Origin: Candidatus Saccharimonadota bacterium
Lineage (GTDB): Bacteria > Patescibacteriota > Saccharimonadia > Saccharimonadales > 2-12-FULL-41-12
Direction of reading: 5' to 3'
DNA length: 24,000 bases
Assembly: GCA_043741255.1 (NCBI GenBank)
Contig: JAYUAP010000146.1
Location: 1-24,000 of the forward strand
The notes beneath the pieces were generated by a model. The model worked only from the letters and a program-made list of their open reading frames with translations, had not been told where the DNA came from and made no database searches. The position numbers were made by a program, and so were the translations under genes. How positions within the stretch are numbered: the stretch's first letter is position 1; every line of letters starts with the position of its first letter. Shown piece by piece: positions 1 through 7,496 of the stretch.

Positions 1-90
1 ACTGCATCAACTGCATCAACTGCATCAACTGCATCAACTGCATCAACTGCATCAACTGCATCAACTGCATCAACTGCATCAACTGCATCA
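1..90. repeat. perfect 9-bp tandem repeat ACTGCATCA x10, reaching the window edge
   Basis: Ten identical head-to-tail copies at 1-90. They are in frame with the minus-strand ORF (GTT GAT GCA = VDA). Confidence 0.95.
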
Positions 91-242
91 ACTGGATGGT
101 TATCTACTGCAACGCCTGCATCAACCGGATGGTTATCTACTGCAACGCCTGTGCGTATGAAATACAGACCTCTTTCGACGTCTACGGTTGCTTCGTCGCC
201 TTCTTTATGCGCTAAATGATCTTTTAGGAATGTAATTTGCAT
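1..242 (-). CDS. hypothetical protein, N-terminal fragment (ORF runs off the left window edge) with (Val-Asp-Ala)n tandem repeats
   Basis: ATG at 242-240 with the frame open down to base 1: MQITFLKDHLAHKEGDEATVDVERGLYFIRTGVAVDNHPVDAGVAVDNHPVDA(VDA)n. It is missing from the ORF track only because the window truncates it. It is on the same strand as the structural genes. Function not recognisable. Confidence 0.6.
   Translation of the reverse strand, partial: MQITFLKDHLAHKEGDEATVDVERGLYFIRTGVAVDNHPVDAGVAVDNHPVDAVDAVDAVDAVDAVDAVDAVDAVDAVDA
94..159. repeat. 33-bp tandem duplication
   Basis: GGATGGTTATCTACTGCAACGCCTG occurs at 94-118 and again at 127-151. On the minus strand this encodes GVAVDNHPVDA twice. 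Confidence 0.9.
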
Positions 243-319
243 AGTTTTAAATCTTTATGTTTCCCAAAAGTACAAAATAATTGTTTAGGCTCTGCGATTT
301 TGCACCTATTTTCCTAATA

Positions 320-383
320 GTAAAATAAATTTACTATTTATGTGTAAAATAATTTGCATATATGGTTTTTAGGCGTATATTTG
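320..383 (+). promoter_or_regulatory. Bacteroidota-type promoter (-33 TTTG, -7 TATATTTG) with two tandem GTAAAATAATTTGCA-like boxes
   Basis: GTAAAATAAATTTAC at 320-334 and GTAAAATAATTTGCA at 344-358 (containing TTTG 353-356). A 19-nt spacer follows, then TATATTTG at 376-383, 25 nt before the ATG at 409. The same architecture and the same 19-nt spacer occur at 11026-11088(-) and 22904-22966(-). Confidence 0.6.
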
Positions 384-408
384 TTGAAACTTTAAAAATG
401 TAGAAATT

Positions 409-693
409 ATGAAAATAGAACAAAACCTCATCGGCGTTACGGACGCCACGTTCGAATCGAACGAAAACACTTTTAGCGGATCTGAGACGATACAAAAACA
501 CGTCTTTTTCGTTAACGAAACCTCGATAGCTATGGCTAAAAAGAATTTCATCCTAAGATTCTTAAAGCGTTTACCACAGGAGAAACTCGAAGAGCTTGTA
601 AATCTGCAAATGGTAGATGTAGATCTGGAAGGTCAATACTCTGAGGGTTGCAGGCTTAGCGCCGAATTAACTATACGGATAAAGGGCTCCTAG
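409..693 (+). CDS. hypothetical protein (94 aa), the only credible plus-strand gene; moron-like
   Basis: ATG-initiated ORF with its own consensus promoter (320-383) and a terminator hairpin (723-747) 30 nt after the stop. No recognisable motif. Confidence 0.6.
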   Translation: MKIEQNLIGVTDATFESNENTFSGSETIQKHVFFVNETSIAMAKKNFILRFLKRLPQEKLEELVNLQMVDVDLEGQYSEGCRLSAELTIRIKGS

Positions 694-719
694 CCTCTTA
701 CGATAGACCTTAAAACATT

Positions 720-751
720 AAAAACCCGAGCTATATTAGTTCGGGTTTTTT
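720..751. terminator. bidirectional intrinsic terminator between convergent genes
   Basis: Stem AACCCGA 723-729 pairs with TCGGGTT 741-747 around an 11-nt loop. A T run (746-751) follows on the plus strand and an A run (720-724) precedes it, which gives a U run on the minus strand. The homing endonuclease stop codon (731-733) lies in the loop. Confidence 0.7.
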
Positions 752-1483
752 GTATTCATACGCAGTATTATTTTTACTAGCTCCTCGCATTTTACGCTTC
801 ATAGTTCCGTAGCAAAAGCCTTTTAAGTCGCAAAGGTATTTAAGGTTTTTAAACTCTTCCCCTGTCACCATATCTATTACGGTCTTTCCTGTTTTAGCGC
901 TTTCGAGTCTAGCTTTTAAACGAATTGCTTTTGCATCTTCCGTAGGCTTTACACCTAGTTTAGCTTTAGACATTTTCGCTTTTGTTTCAGCACTCCTCGG
1001 TGGTCGCGCAAAAGCTTTTTGGCGCATAAGTTCTATAGATTCAGTTTTGTGATTTCTACCTAAAAGAGTTTCACTTACTTTTGCTTTGTGAGAGCCAGAT
1101 AGACTCACTCCTGTTCGACTTAAATTGAAAAGTGTTAAATCTGGGCGACTACGCCCCGAATTGCTTTTACTTATTTTACGCTTAGTCTCTTCTGAAACTC
1201 TCTTATTAAGGCCGCCAGAGGATAGATTTAAACCGCGCTCGTTGTTGAAAGTTCCATAGAACTCTATCCAATACTCCTCGCGACTATTTAAACCCTCCCA
1301 ATCGCATTCCTCAATAACTTCGAAAACATGTGCCGAAAATCCATATTTGACTAAACTAGCGTGCAATTTCTGTTGTTTGTGACAATGGTTATTAACGTAC
1401 ATTTTGCGTCTTTTTTCTATATCGATACTTTGTCCGATATAGATTCGTCCTGTCGGACTCGTAATCTTATAAATTCCTATCAT
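731..1483 (-). CDS. GIY-YIG family homing endonuclease with NUMOD3-like DNA-binding repeats (free-standing)
   Basis: From the ATG at 1483 the protein reads MIGIYKITSPTGRIYIGQS (GIY...YIG), followed by EYWIE and a conserved N. Three NUMOD3-like repeats follow (SEETKRKISKSNSG, SGSHKAKVSETLLG, SAETKAKMSKAKLG). The track start at 1519 would read through the upstream -7 box and the terminator U run, so I use the start at 1483. Confidence 0.85.
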   Translation of the reverse strand: MIGIYKITSPTGRIYIGQSIDIEKRRKMYVNNHCHKQQKLHASLVKYGFSAHVFEVIEECDWEGLNSREEYWIEFYGTFNNERGLNLSSGGLNKRVSEETKRKISKSNSGRSRPDLTLFNLSRTGVSLSGSHKAKVSETLLGRNHKTESIELMRQKAFARPPRSAETKAKMSKAKLGVKPTEDAKAIRLKARLESAKTGKTVIDMVTGEEFKNLKYLCDLKGFCYGTMKRKMRGASKNNTAYEYKKPELI

Positions 1484-1487
1484 GCGC

Positions 1488-1495
1488 CAAATATA
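1488..1495 (-). promoter_or_regulatory. -7 box TATATTTG located 4 nt upstream of the homing endonuclease ATG
   Basis: The minus strand reads UUUUUGTATATTTGGCGCATG. This matches the Bacteroidota TAnnTTTG consensus. The same spacing is seen at 5632-5639 and 7167-7174. Confidence 0.45.
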
Positions 1496-1496
1496 C

Positions 1497-1538
1497 AAAA
1501 AAAAAATCCCTTTAATCAATTAAGACTAAAGGGATTTT
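1497..1538 (-). terminator. intrinsic terminator after the major capsid gene
   Basis: A 12-bp stem pairs AAAATCCCTTTA 1503-1514 with TAAAGGGATTTT 1527-1538 around a 12-nt loop. On the minus strand it is followed by a long U run (A run 1497-1506 on the plus strand). Confidence 0.8.
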
Positions 1539-1563
1539 TAACCAATTTAAAACTATAGAAAGA

Positions 1564-2805
1564 TTATGCTTGAACTGTACTGCCCTTTATGAAATATGTT
1601 TGGCCATAAACTGGGAGTGCGAAATTACCTTCAATACGTACAGTTACCTTGTTTTCAGTAACGTTGTTACCGTCTTGCTCAAAGAATTCAATCCTCATTG
1701 ATTCCTGAGTTAATAACTGAGCACCTTCTAAATCACATACCACATAATCTGGAGCAGTGATTGCAGTAGTAGCATAAGCAGGAATGCCCATAAAGAACAA
1801 ACGCCCATTTACGATTGTCACACCTTGTGGCAAGTCATATTCTCCTGATCCCGCAGCTTTTTGCAAGAAAAATGAGTAATACGCTGCAGGGCGTAAAAGA
1901 ATCGCGTTTGCGTCTCTTTCGTACGTATCTTCCAAGACCGAAACGTCAGTGATGATCTTCTCGATTAAAGGTAAAGAGATTAAAGCCGTAGAAGCTGTGA
2001 AGTTTCCAGCCGTTAAAATACCTTTCAATTGCGGAGAAGTACCTGTTCCGTACAGTATTTGTTGATCTAATACATTTCTAAACTTCTGAGGTAAACGTCT
2101 TTGTAAGAACGAAATTAATCCAGGGATATTGTTCATCGCCTTACGAGTAATTCTCATCCATCCCGCAATAGTCTCAATTTGAACCGTAGCCTCTTGCAAG
2201 TCTAAATCGAATTGAGATTTTGCAGCCCCTTCTGCTACTGGTGCAATTGCCCCCTCGCCGTTACCATTTTCACGCATGAAAGTGAATGAATTACCAGGCC
2301 CAATTGATCCTGCTGGCAATATCTCGTCCATGTGGATTTTACGGCTTGGGTTCATTATGATCTCAGGCGCAAAGATTTGACCGTAGCGGTTTCCGCCCGT
2401 AACGTTCGCAGTCGTGAAGTCCCCAACGGCTTTAAGCTCTAAAGAAAAGCTTTTAATCTGCTTGGTCTCTAATTGCGCAATCTCTGCCGATTTAGCCATA
2501 AGTGCTTTCGCCAACTCGGCGTTAAAGTTAGCGTATTCGCCACCTTGCGCCCCTTTAGCTTGCAATTTAACATCTAATTTGTCGGCATGGTCTTGGATCT
2601 TTTTGATCTCGTCCATGTATTTAAGATCTAATGCGTCCGTAGCTTTTTTAAGCTCTTCGGCGTAAGCCGCTTTAGTTGCTTCCGAAGCGCTATTCAATTT
2701 TAATTCAAACGCATCGATCTGAGCTTTTACTTCTGTCGCCGTTTTTGTTTCTAAGGCGGTTTTGATTGTATCAAATTCCGCTTTTACTTCTAGGTCTAGT
2801 GCCAT
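1564..2805 (-). CDS. major capsid protein, HK97-fold family
   Basis: 413 aa, located directly after the prohead protease gene. An N-terminal coiled-coil segment rich in Ala, Lys and Glu (delta-domain-like) precedes a body typical of HK97-type capsid proteins. A strong terminator follows the gene. Confidence 0.85.
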   Translation of the reverse strand: MALDLEVKAEFDTIKTALETKTATEVKAQIDAFELKLNSASEATKAAYAEELKKATDALDLKYMDEIKKIQDHADKLDVKLQAKGAQGGEYANFNAELAKALMAKSAEIAQLETKQIKSFSLELKAVGDFTTANVTGGNRYGQIFAPEIIMNPSRKIHMDEILPAGSIGPGNSFTFMRENGNGEGAIAPVAEGAAKSQFDLDLQEATVQIETIAGWMRITRKAMNNIPGLISFLQRRLPQKFRNVLDQQILYGTGTSPQLKGILTAGNFTASTALISLPLIEKIITDVSVLEDTYERDANAILLRPAAYYSFFLQKAAGSGEYDLPQGVTIVNGRLFFMGIPAYATTAITAPDYVVCDLEGAQLLTQESMRIEFFEQDGNNVTENKVTVRIEGNFALPVYGQTYFIKGSTVQA

Positions 2806-2807
2806 AT

Positions 2808-3467
2808 TTATTTTAAATTTAATAATTGTGAAAATGATTTTAACGTCTCTAAGATAAGCGGCTTATCGTTGCTAGTGTCAGGCTCTGACGGCTCACTGGA
2901 AAGTGCTTTTAATAAGTTCTCAATCTGAACCATTCTCGTGTCGGAGTAGTCAAGATTATATGCTTTAGTCAATAGCTCCATGAAGCCGTAGACCGATTTT
3001 ACTGATTTAATACCTTGTACCGTGCTTAGCTCATTTGCCCCCCAACTCGATAAGAATGAGTACTCCATTAGCTTGTACTCAGTAATGATCTTTTTGTTCT
3101 TTTGGTCCCGTTGCAGTATCTGATAACCTATTGATAGCTCTGCGTTCATGCCGCTTTCGTGCATCAATTTCACATCGGTAAACATGTCTTTGCCTAATGG
3201 CTTATTCATGTTAAACTGTGTTGTGGTCAATAGTCCATAACTGTCTTTAGGATCAATTAGCAATGGTACGCCTATCATCATTGTAGGATTGTGATCCTTT
3301 AAAACTCGAATGCGCTTAAAGTTCTCCGTGACAGTCTTGTCGAATGCTCCGGGGGCAGATATATCCTTATCGGAATCCTCGTTATTATAGGCGTTGGCAT
3401 AGGCTTTTACTACGCCTTTGCTCTCGTCTAAGTCTTTAAGCTCGTAGGATAATTGTTTGAAATCCAT
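2808..3467 (-). CDS. prohead maturation protease, HK97 family
   Basis: 219 aa, between the head morphogenesis and capsid genes. The N-terminal pattern GVVKAYANAYNNEDSDKDISAPGAFDKTV...RVLKDHN is typical of caudoviral prohead serine proteases. Confidence 0.8.
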   Translation of the reverse strand: MDFKQLSYELKDLDESKGVVKAYANAYNNEDSDKDISAPGAFDKTVTENFKRIRVLKDHNPTMMIGVPLLIDPKDSYGLLTTTQFNMNKPLGKDMFTDVKLMHESGMNAELSIGYQILQRDQKNKKIITEYKLMEYSFLSSWGANELSTVQGIKSVKSVYGFMELLTKAYNLDYSDTRMVQIENLLKALSSEPSEPDTSNDKPLILETLKSFSQLLNLK

Positions 3468-3471
3468 TCGT

Positions 3472-4242
3472 CTAAGTTTTAAATATTAACATTCCGTCCG
3501 CATCGCGTTTCGGCGTAAAGGCTATAGTGCACCTGCAATTGATAACTTCTTTGGCCGCCGCTTTCGGATCGCCCGGAAACCTTATCAACTCTCCTGATTG
3601 CATTATAAAGGGCTCGTTGAGATCAACCGATTGGCTAACTAGTCCAGCCTTATAGTGGTCGGGTCTTGTCCTGTTGTCTAACGCGGCTATCCACGTTTTA
3701 GTCAAAACTAAGTCCGAAGCCTCCGCGGTTTTCATTGCCGCAAAGCCGCTTGCCGCTGTTGTCTCTGTTCTTGCTATTCTCAACGCCTGATACTTGTAAA
3801 ATGTACCTGATTTTGAAATTATAGCATAAATGGCGTTCTGTAGATCTATTACTGTGCCATTTATGCCCAGTGTGGCTTTTAAAGAGTCAATTACGTCTTT
3901 AATCAGCGTATCTCGTACGCTTGTGATCTTGTCTCCGCCTTCACTAGACAAAAATAGTAAAATATCTCTTAATAACTGCTCGTTGAACAGAATATTTGCT
4001 TTTTTGACCTTTTCGAGCTCTTTGTCGATACGTTTCGAGTAGTCCAATCCTATCGTGTTGTAAATCTCTACAAACATACGGCGTATCTGCTCTTCGCTTA
4101 TATTCGCTTCGATTGTCGCCTCGTAGTTCGTTAAGGTGGCACTTTTATATGGGATATTTAGCAGAATAGCCTTAATGTGCTTCTGCACGATACGGTACGC
4201 TTTGCGCTCGTATAGCGGCTGTAACTTTTCCCAAATTATCAC
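3472..4242 (-). CDS. head morphogenesis protein, SPP1 gp7 / Mu F-like
   Basis: Motifs ARTETTAASGFA, WIAALDNRTRPDHYKAGL and INCRCT. The GTG start overlaps the portal TGA (GTGA), and the gene sits right after the portal gene. Confidence 0.8.
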   Translation of the reverse strand: MIIWEKLQPLYERKAYRIVQKHIKAILLNIPYKSATLTNYEATIEANISEEQIRRMFVEIYNTIGLDYSKRIDKELEKVKKANILFNEQLLRDILLFLSSEGGDKITSVRDTLIKDVIDSLKATLGINGTVIDLQNAIYAIISKSGTFYKYQALRIARTETTAASGFAAMKTAEASDLVLTKTWIAALDNRTRPDHYKAGLVSQSVDLNEPFIMQSGELIRFPGDPKAAAKEVINCRCTIAFTPKRDADGMLIFKT

Positions 4243-5627
4243 GGTGTGCTTGCATTATCCATTACCCCCGGACTCACATCGTCAATCCTCTGGACATTCG
4301 TAGGCATCCAAACCACGTCCATGCCGTCATCCGGTAATGTCTCATAGCCGAATACTGTACGTTTCTCATTAGGCGTAACAGGTAATAGGTTCAACGCCTC
4401 AGCTTGTTTTTTCATGTCCTCCTGCATTTCAGGTAGTTCGGTCACGTCCCACTCGATTACGGTGTTCTCATAGCCTTTAAACCTTGGCAACCACGATTTG
4501 TTCAACGCGTTTTGCAATAAAACTAAATCGGGCTTAATGTCGTCGGTTATGAGTTGCTTACGAGCTTGATTTGTATCGGTGCTGCCTAATGAAGCCTTAC
4601 CATCGTTGTTTAGTAATTCGTCTGGGAAATTCAAGACATTGCAAATAGTTTTTCTGTCCCATTCCAAGTATTCGAAGGGTCTAAGTTCTTCAGTTGTCAG
4701 GCTTATGCGTTGGAAGCCTACCTCAGCAGAGAATGCCCCTATTTTGGCTAAGCGTCCTGGGCTTTTATCCATTTCGGTTAGCTGCTGTTTAGCTGTTTGA
4801 GCTTGTTCATAAGTCCACGGTGTGCCTTTCCCGTACATAAAGCCGAAAGCCCCCGAAGATTGAAGCATTTTAATGTTATTATCTATCGCGCTGTTTTGGC
4901 TATTTATATTACGAAGTGCCGCTTTTAGTGGAGATTGGCCGTAAAGGTGCGAGCCTTGAAAGTCAAAGTTAGGATTAACGTACTTCACGTGCATAATGTC
5001 TTCTACTTCAAATCGGATCCACTGTAAGCCCTCAATGAGCATGTAGTAGTCAATCGGATTTTCAGTAGTTAGCATCGAAGCGTCTTTCTTAAGCACGATT
5101 TGCATAAGCTGAGACGGCAAGACGTATGTTTGTATTGGTTGTTCTGCTCTCACGCCTTCTTTAGGCGATAGGTCATATTGGTAATAGTTACCTGTAAGTT
5201 TCATGTACGTTTTGTACAACCCCCATATATCCGCCCATGTTTGGGTCGGGTTCGGGTCGTCAAGCGGGAAGGCTTTCTCTTCCGCCTTATAGGCTTTTAT
5301 CTCTAGCTTTTTACGCTTAATGTCTTGCATTAGCGTTAAGTTACCTTTAGTCGCTAAACCCATTTGCTGCAAAGACTTATAGGCGGATTTATCCTCTATG
5401 GCTTTGATGCAATAGGGCACACTCACGGTCTTTACGGTAGCTTTGTTGATGCAGGCGTAGACGTCAGGATTGGTATTATACCCCTTTTCGAGATAAGTCT
5501 TTCCGTTTGCATCGTACTTAGTCGGCATATCGCCCAACCATTGGTAAAACGCCTTGTTGAAAGAATTACTTATCGTTTGTTTATCGAATAGTCGAGCCGC
5601 TAAAGATTGTATGAAGTTCTGAGCCAT
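4239..5627 (-). CDS. portal protein
   Basis: 462 aa, positioned between terL and the gp7-like gene. Size and overall composition fit HK97-family portals. The call rests mainly on synteny. Confidence 0.8.
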   Translation of the reverse strand: MAQNFIQSLAARLFDKQTISNSFNKAFYQWLGDMPTKYDANGKTYLEKGYNTNPDVYACINKATVKTVSVPYCIKAIEDKSAYKSLQQMGLATKGNLTLMQDIKRKKLEIKAYKAEEKAFPLDDPNPTQTWADIWGLYKTYMKLTGNYYQYDLSPKEGVRAEQPIQTYVLPSQLMQIVLKKDASMLTTENPIDYYMLIEGLQWIRFEVEDIMHVKYVNPNFDFQGSHLYGQSPLKAALRNINSQNSAIDNNIKMLQSSGAFGFMYGKGTPWTYEQAQTAKQQLTEMDKSPGRLAKIGAFSAEVGFQRISLTTEELRPFEYLEWDRKTICNVLNFPDELLNNDGKASLGSTDTNQARKQLITDDIKPDLVLLQNALNKSWLPRFKGYENTVIEWDVTELPEMQEDMKKQAEALNLLPVTPNEKRTVFGYETLPDDGMDVVWMPTNVQRIDDVSPGVMDNASTP

Positions 5628-5631
5628 AGGT

Positions 5632-5639
5632 CAAAGATA
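5632..5639 (-). promoter_or_regulatory. -7 box TATCTTTG located 4 nt upstream of the portal ATG
   Basis: The minus strand reads TGA tgcgaataatttta TATCTTTG acct ATG within the 26-nt terL-portal gap. Confidence 0.4.
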
Positions 5640-5653
5640 TAAAATTATTCGCA

Positions 5654-7162
5654 TCAAAAGAAAAAAGTTTCTATGGGCTTATCGAGGTCAAAGCGTTCTC
5701 GCATCATAAACATGTCCATCATATCTGGCGATTGACCGTTAAGCTTGGCTTTCATCGCCCCTTTTTTGATTATGCACAATTTACCGTCTTGGTCCAGTTT
5801 ATCCCTCTTTATGGCTTTACGCTCGAATAACAACCGTTGCCTTACGGTCATTTTCTCGTCGTACATCGTATTTGCGACCTTCTCGGATATTTTGTATAAT
5901 CCATCTTGCACCTTCTTGCCTGAGCGGTAATAGCATTGCGTCTTAGCGTTGTAATAGCGCTCAGGCCTCCCATAGTCGGGCTCGTGAGGCTTTAAGTCTG
6001 GATTAGGGAAAGGCGACCCTCCGTTATGGAATGGGATTGCGCCAGGGATAAAACCCTCAATAAAGCCTCCTACCCCGTCGTTATCGTAGCATATATGGCG
6101 ATTCTGCACCGAGTGTTCTCGCGCCATTAGCTTAATTGCGTCTACAACCTCGTTGCCTTTAGACTTGGCGATAATGCGAATGTCGACAAGCTCTCGACCA
6201 TACCAACATCCGATAATAAACTTATCTGAGCCTTCTAAGGCAATATCTGCCGTAATGTATCTCTGAGTATCAGGAAGATCGTAAACGTTGTGGAACATGC
6301 CCAAAAAGGCGCTATAATCGTAGATGTCATGATCTGATAGAACTACTTTCCAGTTCCCTTTGAGTAAAGCTGCTTGTGTTTCGCTATCTTGGGCGATGAG
6401 GTTTCCAAGGTATGCGGGGTTGGTTTTTAGAAGCTCTTTATTGTCGTAGATGCTGCCGCTTATGAACGTTACAGACTTAACGAACTCGTTAGGGTCTATA
6501 CCGGATTGCTCGACTGCCTCTTCGAGGATGTGCCACCCCTTCTCGATAGCCTCAGCTTTAGTATCGCCCCAAATGTAGTTATCGCCATCGACGACCAAGT
6601 AGCGCAATACCCCGTCGCGCTCTGGGATTGGGTAGCCTGTCTCCTGATCTATCCACCAAGATATGAACTCTGCTACCCAACTATCGGGATCAGGATTGCA
6701 TGTGGCACGAACGTAGGGGTTAACACCGCATACTGAGCGGTTACGGGTCAAAAGATAGAAAAACATCTTCTTAGGGAAGTGTGTAAGCTCGTCGAATTCG
6801 ATAAGAGGGATCTGTGACCCTTGCCAGTCATACATGTTCTTTTCGTACTCCAGATGCGTGAACTTCACTTTGCTTTCGCCAAAATCCCATTCAAGAGAAG
6901 ACTCTCGGGGCGTTCCGCCTGCTTGGGCGTAGATGCTCATTGAAGTATCCCAAAGGGCCCCTTCGGCTTTGATCTGTGGAGTAGTTCGTCTGAAACAAAC
7001 AACCCCAAAGCCAGGAACGTGTTTATGCCTTAAGTTTTCAAGTAGCAGGCTGTATGTTTTACCAACTCCCGCAGCGCCTCCGCCGATAGCTATATCGGCC
7101 GAAGTGCTTAAGAACTTCATTTGGTATCCTGGTTGAGGGCGAACTACATTTGTTATTGACAT
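5654..7162 (-). CDS. terL: terminase large subunit
   Basis: Walker A GGGAAGVGKT, Walker B-like LIEFDELTHF, and a C-terminal nuclease-sized domain. 502 aa, directly upstream of the portal gene. Confidence 0.9.
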   Translation of the reverse strand: MSITNVVRPQPGYQMKFLSTSADIAIGGGAAGVGKTYSLLLENLRHKHVPGFGVVCFRRTTPQIKAEGALWDTSMSIYAQAGGTPRESSLEWDFGESKVKFTHLEYEKNMYDWQGSQIPLIEFDELTHFPKKMFFYLLTRNRSVCGVNPYVRATCNPDPDSWVAEFISWWIDQETGYPIPERDGVLRYLVVDGDNYIWGDTKAEAIEKGWHILEEAVEQSGIDPNEFVKSVTFISGSIYDNKELLKTNPAYLGNLIAQDSETQAALLKGNWKVVLSDHDIYDYSAFLGMFHNVYDLPDTQRYITADIALEGSDKFIIGCWYGRELVDIRIIAKSKGNEVVDAIKLMAREHSVQNRHICYDNDGVGGFIEGFIPGAIPFHNGGSPFPNPDLKPHEPDYGRPERYYNAKTQCYYRSGKKVQDGLYKISEKVANTMYDEKMTVRQRLLFERKAIKRDKLDQDGKLCIIKKGAMKAKLNGQSPDMMDMFMMRERFDLDKPIETFFF

Positions 7163-7166
7163 AAGG

Positions 7167-7174
7167 CAAATATA
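7167..7174 (-). promoter_or_regulatory. -7 box TATATTTG located 4 nt upstream of the terL ATG
   Basis: The minus strand reads ...GCUUUUUUCG TATATTTG CCTT ATG, immediately after the terminator hairpin at 7181-7203. Confidence 0.45.
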
Positions 7175-7176
7175 CG

Positions 7177-7203
7177 AAAAAAGCTATTCGAGTTGAATAG
7201 CTT
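7177..7203 (-). terminator. intrinsic terminator-like hairpin between the small ORFs and terL
   Basis: A perfect 9-bp stem pairs AAGCTATTC 7181-7189 with GAATAGCTT 7195-7203 around a 5-nt loop. A U6 run follows on the minus strand (A run 7177-7182). The stop codon of the 48-aa ORF lies inside the stem. Confidence 0.6.
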
Positions 7204-7330
7204 GGATAAATTCGATTATTCTTTTTCTGTGTTCTGGCTCTATGCGATAGCTGAACATAACTTTTGTAGAGGTCTTTGGCTTATGTCCGCCCCGGTTATC
7301 GGATCGGTTAGGTTTTAGGTTCTGCGCCAT
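7184..7330 (-). CDS. small hypothetical protein (48 aa), possible ribbon-helix-helix DNA binder
   Basis: MAQNLKPNRSDNRGGHKPKTSTKVMFSYRIEPEHRKRIIEFIQAIQLE. The ATG overlaps the upstream TAA (TAATG). A basic N-terminus is followed by a short strand-then-helix pattern like Arc/CopG proteins. The ORF is below the 60-aa cutoff of the ORF track. Confidence 0.45.
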   Translation of the reverse strand: MAQNLKPNRSDNRGGHKPKTSTKVMFSYRIEPEHRKRIIEFIQAIQLE

Positions 7331-7494
7331 TAATTTAAGATTAAATAGCATCTGCCATTGTGGATATTCACAATATATTCCGTACCTGTTTTGGAGAATC
7401 TAATTTCGTGGTTTTTTTTCATTGCTGTTCTTGGGAAATAGTACGCTCCTGTGTAAAATACCGTACTGTCTGTCATTATCACTGGGTAGCTCAT
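7330..7494 (-). CDS. small hypothetical protein (54 aa)
   Basis: MSYPVIMTDSTVFYTGAYYFPRTAMKKNHEIRFSKTGTEYIVNIHNGRCYLILN. It starts 2 nt after the stop of the 103-aa ORF and its stop is coupled to the next ATG. It is below the ORF-track cutoff. Confidence 0.45.
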   Translation of the reverse strand: MSYPVIMTDSTVFYTGAYYFPRTAMKKNHEIRFSKTGTEYIVNIHNGRCYLILN

Positions 7495-7496
7495 GG

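Noticed and set aside
1-90. 9-bp array as a telomere-like or terminal repeat of the phage genome
   Set aside because: It is in frame within an ORF that starts at 242 and contains no stop codons, so a coding repeat is the simpler explanation.
369-551. 60-aa minus-strand ORF across the promoter and 5' end of the 94-aa plus-strand gene
   Set aside because: It overlaps the consensus plus-strand promoter and the better-supported plus-strand ORF. It has no start context of its own.
1484-1519. N-terminal extension of the homing endonuclease ORF (MIKGIFFLYIWR)
   Set aside because: It would translate the terminator U run and the -7 box. The GIY motif starts at the ATG at 1483.
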